Shown here: piece by piece, positions 27,101 through 36,687 of the stretch | Layout: every line of letters starts with the position of its first letter | How positions within the stretch are numbered: the first letter of the stretch is position 1 | Origin: a virus | IMG/VR virus record: IMGVR_UViG_3300020198_000887 | Span: 1 to 64,000 of that record | Length of the DNA stretch: 64,000 bases | Strand: one strand, 5' to 3' | The notes under the pieces: model-generated | The model's database searches: none | What the model was told of the DNA's origin: nothing | The model's input: the letters and a program-made list of their open reading frames with translations, nothing else | Program-made: the position numbers and the translations under genes

Positions 27101-30100
27101 CCAACTAGTAATCATTCGATCATTGCGAAATGTTAAATTTAATAATATATCCAATGTTCAGCCAACTAGACCAAGTACAGCATTGCAATACAGCGATAAG
27201 TTGGCGGATATATATCGTGTTACTTCATACCATTTGACTAACTCAACTGGTGAAGTATTACCAAATAACGTTGCAATTCTTCAAAGTGACACCGCGTTTG
27301 ATTATTTTAAAATTACAACAGATATTTCTAATATCAATACAGTTGATCCATCTGACCCAAGTAAAACACAGGGATCTACGGTTGGGGACACCAAAATTGC
27401 AGTATTACATATAAGTCAGCAATCAACAATCGACCAACTTAACAAAGGAACATATATTACAGCATGGAATGGTCGACTACATCGTATATTAGGTTATGTC
27501 AGTCCTGAAGTCATTGCTACAGCTGATGTCGTAAGTGGAAATACTAACAGTACAGCCGTAATTGTGAACAATGTAATTGGGGTTATCGAAGTTGGTGATG
27601 TAGTAAATTGCATTGGAATTACCAATGGACAAACGGTTACCAACATATCATACAACAGTGACACACAACAAACTACTGTCACATTAAGTGCAGCACCCAC
27701 CGCGATTCCATCTGGAAATATAACGTTTGGTATAGCAAGTAATGGATATATTGACATAGATCCAACTGCCATAATTAATAATGCGGGTGATGGGAGTGGG
27801 GTTAGTGCATTAACATTTAAAAATAAAACATCATCACCAGGTAATACATTATATAAATTAGTAACATTTGATATACCATATAATAGACATCAGTTGTACC
27901 CACCAGTAGATAGTTATATTACAATTTCTAATCAAACAACAGATGGGTTTAATAGGTCTGCTCAGGTAGTTGATGTCACAAGTAACACACAACTTACCGT
28001 CACAACAACCTCTGGCTTACTGATTGGTATGACCGTGACCATTTCATCAACTGCTGTAACTGTTAGTGGTGGATTTGGTACAACTATACTAACAGTAAAT
28101 TCAGTCAACGGTGGTATTCAAATAGGGGATTATGTTAGAGGGACGGGATTTGATGAAACACAATATGTAACTGGTGTATCTACTATAGATACTACCACTA
28201 CCATTACGTTAAATACGCCACCAGTTACCTCACCTAGTGGAACGTTGACCTTTGTTAGCGCAAACCGCTCGATTATACAATCAATTGATGACGCAAATAA
28301 GTTTACCGTTAGTCCAGCGTGTTGGGTACCAAGTGGGTGTACAGTTAACGCATCCGTTGTGACATCTGTTAAAAACATCACCATAACTAATGGTGGTACT
28401 GGGTACACATTACCACCTATCATTACATTTATTGGGGGCGGTGCAGAAATCAATGCTATTGCTACCTGTACAATTAGCAATGGCAGTATTGATACGGTAA
28501 CATTAGTGAGTCCTGGATACAACTATACCAGCACACCTAGTATTCAATTGAGTTATGGTGATGCCGTCTTAACTGCCGAGCTTACTGATAATGTGAATGT
28601 AGCTGGAACTGCGTCAGTAGGTGTTTCCACTGCTACAATAACTACTTTATACCAGGCAGATCCAGGTGACTTTATTATAGGAACACAACGAACAGCTTCT
28701 GGGGTTGTCAGTAAAAGTGGGGATGGGCCGTACAGTATAACATTATCATTCACATCAACTACCGCACCCGCGATTAACAAATTTTATAGGGTATCCGGTA
28801 ATAGTAATTCCTTATACAATGGGTTCTGGAATTGTAGTGCTAGTACTAGCACTAGTATTACGCTGGAATATCCATTGGATCCTGGTACATTTGCGACTGG
28901 AATAACACACATAACAGAAGAAGGTACTACCGCAATAAGTTCTGTAATAGGTATTAGTAAGCCATTTGATTCAGTTACGGCAACCGTGTTAAGAGCGGGA
29001 TATACATCCGGTGCTTCCGCACAAATAACAACCCGTATTAGTTCGTGTCGAGCCACTAATCATGACTTCCTGGATATTGGAACCGGCAGTTATTCCACTA
29101 CCAATTATCCATATCAAATTTATGGAAATCCAGCAATTAGCCGTCAATCCGAAAATGAAATTCAAGAAGATGGTGTTGGTCGTTGTTTCTACACTTCCAC
29201 CGACCAAAATGGGGTATTCCGGGTTGGTAGATACTTTACTGTTGACCAGGGTACCGGAACGGTCACACTCAGTACTAACATTGCATTATCAAATGTAGAT
29301 GGTCTCGGATTTAAACGTGGGGTTGTTGTTTCTGAATTCTCGTCTGATACGTCAATGACAAACAACACACCTGATGTGATCCCAGTACAAAGTGCTATAC
29401 GTGGATATATTGATAAACGATTGGGTATAGATCATAATAACCAACCAATATTACAAACGGATTTAATCGGTGCTGGGTATTTGGCGCTGGATGGATCATT
29501 ATCAATGAAATCAGCCCTAAACATGGGTAAATTCAAAATCACCAATTTAGCGACCCCTACGGCAAGTACAGATGCTGCCACCAAGCTGTACGTTGATCAT
29601 GCAATATCAGGCAACGAGCAAATTTTTTCCGGTGTTATTGGTGATGTACTATTTACTTACAATGATACTGGGATTGTGGTAACATCGGCAATTGGGGCTA
29701 ATAAAGTTGTTAATTCAATGATTAGTCCAACTGCGGCAATTCAACAAAGTAAACTTTCATTGAATTATGCAACAACACGGTTAAATGCAACTGGAATCAC
29801 ATCCTCTGATTTGGGAATAGCATCGTTCGATACCGCAAATTTCACAATAACAAATGGATGGGTTGGGATAAAACCTAACTCTATTACCAAATCACAAATG
29901 GCACCAATTGGTAATGGCTCCATTCTTGGAAATTTTAGCGGGATTGCAGCAAATCCAATAGAAGTTACCGCAGGGACAGTCGTTACACAAGGTGATGGTA
30001 TTAAAAATACTGCATTTACCGCCAGTGGATTAATGACTGTTGCATATGATGGTTCTAATACACTCAATAATGCATATTCAGTAACATTAACAACCACAAC

Positions 30101-30896
30101 TGGGCAAGCAAATCGCATCGTCAAAACTGGTGCTAATGGTGAAATTGATGTTTCACAACTAAAAATCGATAATTATAAAATAATTGACACAAGTACCGGT
30201 CCATTGACCGTGACATTTACCACCCCGGGTGGGTATGACTTCTTGTCTGCATCTGGTACAACTGGGTCAAATACCACGGTAATCTCGACATGTTCGATGG
30301 ATTTTACTGGTGGAACTGTTAAAGTTCGTGATTTTACCACGGGTGCAACCAGCACCACCGGTACCATAACAGGGCATTGGATAATTGGAAGCTCAAGTCA
30401 AGTTGATTTTACAAATGGTATATTAAAAACAACTACATTAACTACTGGTGCTGCTGCAACAAGTGGTACCATTACTGGTAACTGGATTTTGTCACCAGGT
30501 AGTAAAATGCAAGCTACTTACGCTGACTTGGCAGAATATTATGAGGGTGATTTTGATTATGCGCCAGGAACGGTTATGGTATTTGGTGGTGATAAGGAAG
30601 TCACTAACGCATCTACAATAAATGACACTCGGTTAGCTGGTGTTGTAACAACAAATCCTGCATATGTATTAAATGCTGAACAATCTGGAATTAAAGTTTG
30701 TATAGCATTGATTGGACGAACACCGTGTAAAGTTATCGGTAAAATTAAAAAAGGCGATTTATTAACCACCTCAAATACCCCCGGATACGCTATTAAAGCG
30801 GCTGACCCAAAATTGGGGTCTATAATTGGAAAAGCATTGGAAGATAAAGACACTGGTGAAGCTGGTGTTATTGAGATTGCAGTAGGGAGGGCATAG
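21165..30896 (+). CDS. giant baseplate/tail-associated protein (3243 aa)
   Basis: gp9/gp10-like N-terminus (IDIGVQGNDGTGDSIRESFRKVNENF), CxRD-type helical repeats, C-terminal ADLAEYY...GKALED intramolecular-chaperone-type domain. Confidence 0.8.
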   Translation: MAKQIIDIGVQGNDGTGDSIRESFRKVNENFNEIYSIFGAGGTIKFTNLDDAPSSYGVNQLIMSNTTGTSLTARSIIAGAGIDINKSSNSQLVISADVANLAGDASPQLGGALNTNHFAIGKLSDPSPELVNAFNIAWPNSTTTIDELPVTLGYANRTYVKTSESGFVSGPLRVRNEPIEANTTDKDYDSSLSGNYLSSEVMPRKDTVRRTGDTMAGKLYLNDHPAPLDGYGTPTGANDLQAATKFYVDNTTFTSNVNLFVSTSGDDLQLKSPAGKEGRFWQYAYKSVGAAALQAENLINLSSNEPGPYKQRISYTTGHDQTFSTIQSVTLTGGNSANAGYTNAYDLLQSNKEFIQRETIAYINKKYVNKFDYDKPKYKLNIQTILDAIGYDIVLDTTYNSYRIAASYFDEANTEVLTNQLIQTIDAIKYTKEQLVNYSYSTINLQSYIDNVINALCFDFAFQSNYQSVQVGILFESANTNLNKSEINAVLLDLKSKLIVLPSVLMSPQIVSSINDNINIILDIIVSGTIPNVKMPSNKGTTTGKTSAKDLLLNNISFIQAEIIGFLSAEFPTVIYDKPTVRQDIKHIVWSITYDLLYGGNTQSIYAGTHYLLTSIQNAPHDKSAAIHAAIGYINTLAQIIIINGSLPLVYQQSVKQYKNETFNNGSDASVSISQNISIIQNIVELNTNYTIIPPSISSIGTILTNARTEILNKKSSYKNEAVDYVNNNFAVINNLAITSKITNLFDIIINTLTTGIGILSSPIFISPSTLSSGYENARQAIIANINFITDETVAWVTSAYPNFDYNGNPVTGQATCKRDIKYILEAIAYDITYGGNSASIHAAKKYWSNNVTVIPNEQITTILAIGHIQTMVALLSQNITVTPTFSSTPQVRNTAWSNGSDASATITELFTIIKDIIETNSEYNVQYPSLTNYDSVLTSTRQLILDTKETVSVNTIQYLDTTFTGSFNYDESSCFRDIGLIVDAMAIDLVTGGTWQSINAGKSYYKNASSHAIAIGTQFSETIDGIEFVKGLGLQVLTQTTASRYQTLFTQTFDSVNHASINANDTFIYNMETITNIIKFGVGAAPTPTFGSGIWNIVIDNGGNGYVDQGSPLNNDIIPAKALIGTDSLAYSSIVKYIPESAPGVDTIQVRMTKPGLYTVGEQVEFGETVRDLNITIFVESGVYYEDYPIRLPANCSIKGDDIRRTIIRPRDRVSQSPWRKIFFYRDAIVDAMEVGVVNYTGPNYAPNTNITLSGSSEKIIVTLANGQASSTWIGKVITDNNIVKRGKAIIDSVSGNFMNCSVIYPFSTIGVLNTGDWFIYDSINYGRHYLTNPLDITSPSKNNKDIDVFLCNDATRISNITFQGHGGFAMVLDPGGQIKTKSPYGQDCSSFTQSTNKKRFAGGQYVDGFAGRLTGTITDIADNGITLTVVGGPNSGLDIRPPHPPCAFYVQGQRYQVDDIVSFDASTATVVMTLNVATPYNAADSYNNSKCSRDVGLIIDAIGYDMVLGSNFQSVKAGLSYLRSYSNTVINRQKIQTIAGINKAKELANATSSNSSVQSAINDRMNIIMSIIEHGITSIPAITYPTPVGASEDSVKAKDILVANRKFIQTEITAWISSNYAVKLIPNYNALTCQRDVGYILDAMVYDLFYGGNSQTRDSAEAYWRISGTATSYIIGEESVTIAAYTRLKTIIQSIVAGTSITKSSGNTRTQVTDNPPTNPSSFNTILSSLSDILIDYIPDHSYTSGTADYPTITQQSSSLQTARTAILTAKPTIQSSVISFLNSGGGLKINIEMGGNKSMIANDFAMINDLGYAIIATNGAVSEQMSTFSYYCHTHFWANNGGQIRAIAGSNSHGKYGLRASGYDVTELPDSVTLANNLIQTARIYKQGVVSNEMTPTATTQSLALWIIGYEYEPLNGCEVEIDHTVFNGGISRYEANSIEHTNITISGQNVLKLYLNTSGNNGTSTTGLHTELYHGQLVIIRSLRNVKFNNISNVQPTRPSTALQYSDKLADIYRVTSYHLTNSTGEVLPNNVAILQSDTAFDYFKITTDISNINTVDPSDPSKTQGSTVGDTKIAVLHISQQSTIDQLNKGTYITAWNGRLHRILGYVSPEVIATADVVSGNTNSTAVIVNNVIGVIEVGDVVNCIGITNGQTVTNISYNSDTQQTTVTLSAAPTAIPSGNITFGIASNGYIDIDPTAIINNAGDGSGVSALTFKNKTSSPGNTLYKLVTFDIPYNRHQLYPPVDSYITISNQTTDGFNRSAQVVDVTSNTQLTVTTTSGLLIGMTVTISSTAVTVSGGFGTTILTVNSVNGGIQIGDYVRGTGFDETQYVTGVSTIDTTTTITLNTPPVTSPSGTLTFVSANRSIIQSIDDANKFTVSPACWVPSGCTVNASVVTSVKNITITNGGTGYTLPPIITFIGGGAEINAIATCTISNGSIDTVTLVSPGYNYTSTPSIQLSYGDAVLTAELTDNVNVAGTASVGVSTATITTLYQADPGDFIIGTQRTASGVVSKSGDGPYSITLSFTSTTAPAINKFYRVSGNSNSLYNGFWNCSASTSTSITLEYPLDPGTFATGITHITEEGTTAISSVIGISKPFDSVTATVLRAGYTSGASAQITTRISSCRATNHDFLDIGTGSYSTTNYPYQIYGNPAISRQSENEIQEDGVGRCFYTSTDQNGVFRVGRYFTVDQGTGTVTLSTNIALSNVDGLGFKRGVVVSEFSSDTSMTNNTPDVIPVQSAIRGYIDKRLGIDHNNQPILQTDLIGAGYLALDGSLSMKSALNMGKFKITNLATPTASTDAATKLYVDHAISGNEQIFSGVIGDVLFTYNDTGIVVTSAIGANKVVNSMISPTAAIQQSKLSLNYATTRLNATGITSSDLGIASFDTANFTITNGWVGIKPNSITKSQMAPIGNGSILGNFSGIAANPIEVTAGTVVTQGDGIKNTAFTASGLMTVAYDGSNTLNNAYSVTLTTTTGQANRIVKTGANGEIDVSQLKIDNYKIIDTSTGPLTVTFTTPGGYDFLSASGTTGSNTTVISTCSMDFTGGTVKVRDFTTGATSTTGTITGHWIIGSSSQVDFTNGILKTTTLTTGAAATSGTITGNWILSPGSKMQATYADLAEYYEGDFDYAPGTVMVFGGDKEVTNASTINDTRLAGVVTTNPAYVLNAEQSGIKVCIALIGRTPCKVIGKIKKGDLLTTSNTPGYAIKAADPKLGSIIGKALEDKDTGEAGVIEIAVGRA

Positions 30897-31384
30897 TGGC
30901 TAAACAACATATTAATATTGGTAAAACAGCAAATGACAAAAGTGGCGATCCGTTAAGGGTCGCCTTTGATAAAATAAATCTTAATTTTACTGAACTGTAT
31001 ACCACATCGGTGAACAACACATCTGCGATACTTATAGTAGGACAGGATGCATTAATTAGGGATAATTTATCAGTTAGAGTAATTAACAATAATAATGCAC
31101 TAGATATTCAACTAAAATACCAAAAATCAAATTTTAATGTATATGTAAGTGCGTATAGAACTTATCCTACCACGGCAAATATCTATTCTGGCAAGATACT
31201 AAAAACAGAAGATAACACAACGTGGGATACGGTTGGTAGTCTTCTTACGGCAGGCGATACTATTGGTATTACGTTCACAGACCATAGTTTGTTTAACGTA
31301 TATAAAGTTACGGTAACTGCAGATACTATACCACCAGGGGATGGCACAATTGGAAAGGCACTCTGTACGATTGAAAAGCTATAA
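30896..31384 (+). CDS. baseplate-associated protein with gp9/gp10-like N-terminus
   Basis: INIGKTANDKSGDPLRVAFDKINLNF. Confidence 0.7.
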   Translation: MAKQHINIGKTANDKSGDPLRVAFDKINLNFTELYTTSVNNTSAILIVGQDALIRDNLSVRVINNNNALDIQLKYQKSNFNVYVSAYRTYPTTANIYSGKILKTEDNTTWDTVGSLLTAGDTIGITFTDHSLFNVYKVTVTADTIPPGDGTIGKALCTIEKL

Positions 31385-31414
31385 TAACGGTAAATACATA
31401 AGAGAGAGCAGAAC

Positions 31415-31987
31415 ATGACAATACAATTAATTAATTTAGGTAGTTATGCAAATGATGGAACTGGCGATGATTTGAGAACAGCATTTCAAAAAGTCAATGC
31501 GAATTTTACCGCAATTGGGGATATTCAAATATCAAATGGGGTTAATATTGGGGGTGGCGTTGGTGTTTTTAATCAAAAAAATAATATAAATTTAGAATTT
31601 AAATCCCTTACAAGTTCAGATAGCAGCATATTTTTTAATCAGCTCGCCAGTACGATTGATGTACGTGCTATTACCAAAATTGAATCTGATGAAATTCCGA
31701 CATTGGGTGGAAATCTTGAATTAAATGGACATACCATTACCACTGTTAATGGTGGTAATATAGAATCAAAAGTTTATAATAATGATGTTAACATTTTAAG
31801 TTCGGTAATTTCAATTTTTATAAACTCTAATATAAATTTTGATTTAGGTTCATTGCTTAACCCATCCGGGAAAACTGAAATTAACCAAACAGGGGTCACT
31901 ATAGATATGAATGGTACTAATGTTACCAGTGGATTCAGAACACCATTACAAAATAATATGTTAGATTTTGGATTTTTAGGCAAGTAG
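31415..31987 (+). CDS. baseplate-associated protein with gp9/gp10-like N-terminus
   Basis: INLGSYANDGTGDDLRTAFQKVNANF. Confidence 0.7.
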   Translation: MTIQLINLGSYANDGTGDDLRTAFQKVNANFTAIGDIQISNGVNIGGGVGVFNQKNNINLEFKSLTSSDSSIFFNQLASTIDVRAITKIESDEIPTLGGNLELNGHTITTVNGGNIESKVYNNDVNILSSVISIFINSNINFDLGSLLNPSGKTEINQTGVTIDMNGTNVTSGFRTPLQNNMLDFGFLGK

Positions 31988-31998
31988 AGAACGAACTA

Positions 31999-34500
31999 AT
32001 GACATTAACTATATGGACAGCAGAATCCGGCACATCACTTGGTACTATTCAAGAACGCATCCGACTTACTGAATCATTCTCGAACAAGGCCGAACCTGTA
32101 TATTACAAAATATTGCCAACGTCTGACCCACGGGGCGTCACATTTACATTAATATCGGGTGCATTGCCACCTGGGTTGAGATTAGTCGATAATACTATAC
32201 TTGGCACACCGTACGAAGTTGCGAGTGAATCTAAATTTACATTTTGTATTCGGGCATCAAAAGATGGTGATATTTCTGATAGAACATTTTACTTTATTGT
32301 GCAGGGTGCAGATGCACCACGATTTGCATTGCCGACCGGGTATTTAGATATTGGAATTAATCATCAGTATTATGTTAAAGATAGAACATTCGTCAACTAT
32401 CAAATACTTGTATTCGACACGGATATAGCCACTGGGCAAAAATTAAGTTTTTTTATATCGAGTGATGAGGGTGAATTGCCGCCTGGTCTGTCACTCACTG
32501 AAGATGGTAGAATAGTTGGGTATGTCAATCCATTACCAACTATGAAAATTTCAGATGGAGATGGCACATACGGCAGTGGGTATTACGATTCGTTTGCATA
32601 TGACTTCAGTGTGCGGCCAGATAATGGATATGATACATATGAATATGATTCCGCCGCCAATTCTGGGTATTATGATTATAATACACAAGCAAAACTACCA
32701 TCTACGATTAGTCGGAATTATCAATTTATTATTTCCGTTACGGATGGGTACACGGTATCTAAACGAACATTTGGTATTTATGTAGTTGGGGATGACTATT
32801 TTAAGGCAGACAACACAACATTGCTTGATGGCGTAAGTTTATTTACTGCAGATGCTACTTCTGTTAGAACACCAGTGTGGAAAACAGACGGCAATTTAGG
32901 TTCGGTAAGAGCAAATAATTATCTCATAATGGTGTTGGATGTATATGATACTGATGAAATTCATTACACATTGGGGGTAGCAACTGAACAATGGGCACAG
33001 AATCACCAATATAAAGTTGATGATGTTATATTATTTGCATCCAACTCATATATTTGTTTAGTAAACCATACATCGACATCAATTATTGACCTATCAAAAT
33101 GGGGTGTTTATGGATTACCGCCAGGTGTTATGTTTAATTCAACCACTAGTGAAATATATGGTAGAATCCCATATCAACCAGCAGTAAGTAAACCATATTT
33201 TTTCAATATAACAGCTCATCGGGTGGGGAGTGATAATGAAATTGCTTCAACTACCAAATTATTTAAAATAACCGTATTAGGTGAAATAGATAGTTTTATT
33301 GAATGGATTTCTGATAACAACATTGGTACTATCGGTGCCAACTATATCTCAAACTTTAAAGTAATTGCAACAACAACAATTAAAAATGCATCTGTTACCT
33401 ATCATTTATCATCTGGTACACTGCCATATGGATTATCACTATTGTCAACTGGTGAAATAATCGGTAAAGTAAATCAATTCAATATTCCAGAAAAAAATAT
33501 AAAAGGACTGACAACATTTGACTATAACCGGGCTGAAACAACCTTTGACAATAATGGAACAACAGTTGATCGTAAATTTAAATTTACGATAGATGCAAAA
33601 GATAATTATGGTGTCAGTTCATTATCTAAAGAGTTTTATATAACAGTATCGTCACCACAAAAAACACTGTACAGCAATATTAAAATTAAACCATTTTTAA
33701 AGCATGAACAACGTGCAGTATGGAATAATTTTATTAATGATTCTAATATTTTCACACCATCAAATGTTTATAGATTAGACGATCCTAATTTTGGTGTTCA
33801 ACATGATTTATCATGTATTATATATGCAGGAGTTGAATCAAAAAATGCTGCTGCATTTGTTAGCGCAATTGGGTTAAACAATAAACGAAAGCAATTTCGA
33901 ATTGGTGAAATAAAATCAGCAGTCGCGATTGAACCTGGTACAAAAAATAAGATATATGAAGTAGTATATATGTCATTAATAGACCCATTAGCACCGGCAA
34001 ATAAAAAACTAAAAAGTAAACTAACCACGTTATATAAGTCAAGTGATAAAATCACCGCAGATAATAATAAGTCAATATGGAGTCGTGATATTAATGAACT
34101 CAATACTGCCGCGCCCACTGCTACCAGACCTATCCCAACTGTGTCAGTCGATAGTACTGGGTATAATGTATCAGATGAATATGCAAAAAATTATTTTACA
34201 AATAGTATATCAATATGGCGAGAAAACATCAGTAAAGTTGGTTCAACTGAAAGAACATATCTTCCATTATGGATGAGAAGTATCCAACCAGGTACAAAAA
34301 AAGAGATGGAATTCGTGTTGGCTGTTCCATTATGTTATTGTAAAGTTGGAATGTCTGAAAATATTCTTTTACAAATAAAAAATAGCAAGTTTGATTTTAA
34401 AAATATAGATTACACTATTGATAGATACATAATTGATTCAGTTGCTGGTGATTCTAGTGATAAATATCTTGTATTCAACAATAATAGGATAACAATATGA
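31999..34500 (+). CDS. baseplate wedge-like protein with Ig-like repeats
   Basis: repeated SGALPPGL/GELPPGLSL/GLPPGV/SGTLPYGLSL motifs; LPLWMRSIQ. Confidence 0.7.
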   Translation: MTLTIWTAESGTSLGTIQERIRLTESFSNKAEPVYYKILPTSDPRGVTFTLISGALPPGLRLVDNTILGTPYEVASESKFTFCIRASKDGDISDRTFYFIVQGADAPRFALPTGYLDIGINHQYYVKDRTFVNYQILVFDTDIATGQKLSFFISSDEGELPPGLSLTEDGRIVGYVNPLPTMKISDGDGTYGSGYYDSFAYDFSVRPDNGYDTYEYDSAANSGYYDYNTQAKLPSTISRNYQFIISVTDGYTVSKRTFGIYVVGDDYFKADNTTLLDGVSLFTADATSVRTPVWKTDGNLGSVRANNYLIMVLDVYDTDEIHYTLGVATEQWAQNHQYKVDDVILFASNSYICLVNHTSTSIIDLSKWGVYGLPPGVMFNSTTSEIYGRIPYQPAVSKPYFFNITAHRVGSDNEIASTTKLFKITVLGEIDSFIEWISDNNIGTIGANYISNFKVIATTTIKNASVTYHLSSGTLPYGLSLLSTGEIIGKVNQFNIPEKNIKGLTTFDYNRAETTFDNNGTTVDRKFKFTIDAKDNYGVSSLSKEFYITVSSPQKTLYSNIKIKPFLKHEQRAVWNNFINDSNIFTPSNVYRLDDPNFGVQHDLSCIIYAGVESKNAAAFVSAIGLNNKRKQFRIGEIKSAVAIEPGTKNKIYEVVYMSLIDPLAPANKKLKSKLTTLYKSSDKITADNNKSIWSRDINELNTAAPTATRPIPTVSVDSTGYNVSDEYAKNYFTNSISIWRENISKVGSTERTYLPLWMRSIQPGTKKEMEFVLAVPLCYCKVGMSENILLQIKNSKFDFKNIDYTIDRYIIDSVAGDSSDKYLVFNNNRITI

Positions 34501-35093
34501 GTAGTAACATAATTTTTTCAACAATTGACACTGCATACCCAGTTGCTGGGCAAGATAATGATAGTCAAGGATTTCGGGATAATTTCACAATAATTCATGA
34601 TGCATTGGGAATAGCATATTCAGAAATAACCACTTTACAACAAAATGCCCTTCTAAAAGCAACAATTGACCAAACCAATGATACAGTGGCAAATGACTTG
34701 CATCAAAGTAGTATTAATAATGGCACATATACCAACTTTTTTGGAATTGGTAAAACATCTTCTGCAAATTCATCAATTATAATTAATATCGCAAGCGCGT
34801 CCGTACAAGTCGTTGCATTAACATCTAATAGTACAGTGAGTTTTGCAGGATGGCCTGGGGATGACTCAACTAGTGTATACGGGGTGATTAGATTACATTT
34901 TTCAAGTACTGAAATTGGGACTGAACGCACAGTTACCTTCCAGCCGTCAAACACTGGGGTACTTTTATATGATTCAAACTTCCAAACCCCATTTAAAGTA
35001 AACACCAATTTCGCAGGTAAACAACAAGTGGTTGACGTTTGGAGTTTTGATGGTGGGACTACTGTATTTTTAAAACATGTCGGTGAATTTTAA
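34497..35093 (+). CDS. virion structural protein
   Basis: YPVAGQDNDSQGFRDNF N-terminal motif; coupled to the upstream gene. Confidence 0.65.
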   Translation: MSSNIIFSTIDTAYPVAGQDNDSQGFRDNFTIIHDALGIAYSEITTLQQNALLKATIDQTNDTVANDLHQSSINNGTYTNFFGIGKTSSANSSIIINIASASVQVVALTSNSTVSFAGWPGDDSTSVYGVIRLHFSSTEIGTERTVTFQPSNTGVLLYDSNFQTPFKVNTNFAGKQQVVDVWSFDGGTTVFLKHVGEF

Positions 35094-35323
35094 TGCACCC
35101 ATTGATTAATGATTTAGGATCATTAAAAGATGCTGAAATCGAGGCAACACTAACTGAGTTAGGAAAAAAATACTTTATGACAACTAATTTGCAAGTGCGT
35201 GAACAAATTTCGCTGGTATTAGACACATATAAAGAAGAATTAACCACCCGTAGAAGAAATGAGTGGGTTAAAATGCAAGAAAATAGAGAAAAGGGACTTG
35301 ACAAACTTATCAATATCAATTAA
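35093..35323 (+). CDS. hypothetical protein
   Basis: TAATG-coupled 76-aa ORF. Confidence 0.65.
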   Translation: MHPLINDLGSLKDAEIEATLTELGKKYFMTTNLQVREQISLVLDTYKEELTTRRRNEWVKMQENREKGLDKLININ

Positions 35324-35326
35324 AAT
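35298..35326 (+). promoter_or_regulatory. sigma70-type promoter
   Basis: TTGACA, 17-nt spacer, TAAAAT, 6 nt before ATG 35333 (possibly leaderless). Confidence 0.55.
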
Positions 35327-35332
35327 ACGTTT

Positions 35333-35845
35333 ATGCGACTAGATAAGTTTTATAATCCAATATTCAACGAAACTGATGTATTTAATATCCTTTATCAAGG
35401 CGATACATCAGTTCTTTCAAAATTATCAGTAGATATAACCCAAGATTTAATAACTCTTGCGCAAATAGGTGAGTTTAATTTTCCTATATTACCAGCAGAA
35501 TCTGATTCACCTGAACTTTATCATAAATCTCTACAATCCCAGTGGTTTTTTACAGAAGAATACAAAAATTTTGATATAAAACAATTTTGTATAGATAAAT
35601 GTAATTCAGATGTCGAACGAACCAGAATTTATGAAGAATTTACTGAGTTTGAACGACTCGGTATGATAGATTTATTGAGATGGTGCAAGTATTTTGTTGA
35701 TACTTGCACACATCAAGATGTAATATGGGGTGTTGGCCGGGGTTCTAGTGTGGCTAGTTATGTGTTATATATAATTGGTATTCATAAAATTGATAGTATT
35801 AAATATAATTTAGATTGGCGTGAATTTTTAAAGATAAGTACATAA
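35333..35845 (+). CDS. stand-alone DNA polymerase III alpha (DnaE)-like fragment protein
   Basis: WGVGRGSSVASYVLYIIGIHKIDSIKYNLDWREFL resembles the DnaE GRGS motif region. Confidence 0.75.
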   Translation: MRLDKFYNPIFNETDVFNILYQGDTSVLSKLSVDITQDLITLAQIGEFNFPILPAESDSPELYHKSLQSQWFFTEEYKNFDIKQFCIDKCNSDVERTRIYEEFTEFERLGMIDLLRWCKYFVDTCTHQDVIWGVGRGSSVASYVLYIIGIHKIDSIKYNLDWREFLKIST

Positions 35846-35861
35846 TTACAAGGAGATTATT

Positions 35862-36224
35862 ATGACAATGAAACAACCACAAAGAGGTGTTTATCGTTCT
35901 CTTAGGGGAAAAGAAGTAGACATGACTAAATTAATTAACCAAAACGAATTAACTGTTGCGGTTGGTAACGTTAAAGTGAATGCACGAGGTGATGAAATAG
36001 GACCAGGTGGGAGAATTATCCGGAAAGAAGAAGACATTGTCACTGCCGCACGTGGGCAAAATGCATCTGGGTACCAACAGCCAGTGATTAATGAGCAACT
36101 TCAACAATCGGTGACCCCGCCAGAATCACCATCATCAAAAACAGCAGGACCCACCCAGCAAAAACCACAAATGAAACAAAATGTTAAAGATATTTCAAAA
36201 ATGGATCCAGCAGGTGATGAATGA
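35862..36224 (+). CDS. hypothetical phage protein
   Basis: AVGNVKVNARGDEIGPGG; AGGAG RBS. Confidence 0.7.
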   Translation: MTMKQPQRGVYRSLRGKEVDMTKLINQNELTVAVGNVKVNARGDEIGPGGRIIRKEEDIVTAARGQNASGYQQPVINEQLQQSVTPPESPSSKTAGPTQQKPQMKQNVKDISKMDPAGDE

Positions 36225-36607
36225 GTTTCATCAAATGTGAGAAATTAACCCCTTTGCACGATAGCGTTCTTATCACAGATATGTCATTTGATGAACAAGT
36301 AACATCAGCTGGGATCATCATAGGCAGCGATGACGGTAAATCAGAAGGAATTAAGCCACGCTGGGGCAAAGTTTATGCGGTTGGTCCAAAACAAGATAAA
36401 ATTAAAGTCGGGGATTGGATCTTAGTTGAACATGGTAGATGGACCCGTAGTGTCAAAATAGAAATAAATGAGTCCGATATAGAAGTTCGCCGTGTAGAAA
36501 CAAAATCTATTATGATGACAGCAGACACTAAACCAACTGACATTTATTTTGGTGTTTCCAACAAATCAAATATACACACATTTGATTTTAGTAAACCAAT
36601 GTTTTAA
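36221..36607 (+). CDS. groES: second GroES-like co-chaperonin
   Basis: PLHDSVLI...TSAGIII...WGKVYAVGP...IKVGDWIL. Confidence 0.8.
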   Translation: MSFIKCEKLTPLHDSVLITDMSFDEQVTSAGIIIGSDDGKSEGIKPRWGKVYAVGPKQDKIKVGDWILVEHGRWTRSVKIEINESDIEVRRVETKSIMMTADTKPTDIYFGVSNKSNIHTFDFSKPMF

Positions 36608-36630
36608 CAAATACACAATAACCCATTACC

Positions 36631-36658
36631 TTGACAGATTCTGGGTTATTGATATAAT
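36631..36658 (+). promoter_or_regulatory. sigma70-type promoter
   Basis: TTGACA, 16-nt spacer, TG-N-TATAAT. Confidence 0.6.
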
Positions 36659-36687
36659 ACAACCTTTTAACTATCGCAGAGAATTAA

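Noticed and set aside
21512-30910. Many short minus-strand ORFs within large structural genes
   Set aside because: Antisense shadows typical of codon bias; no RBS or motifs.
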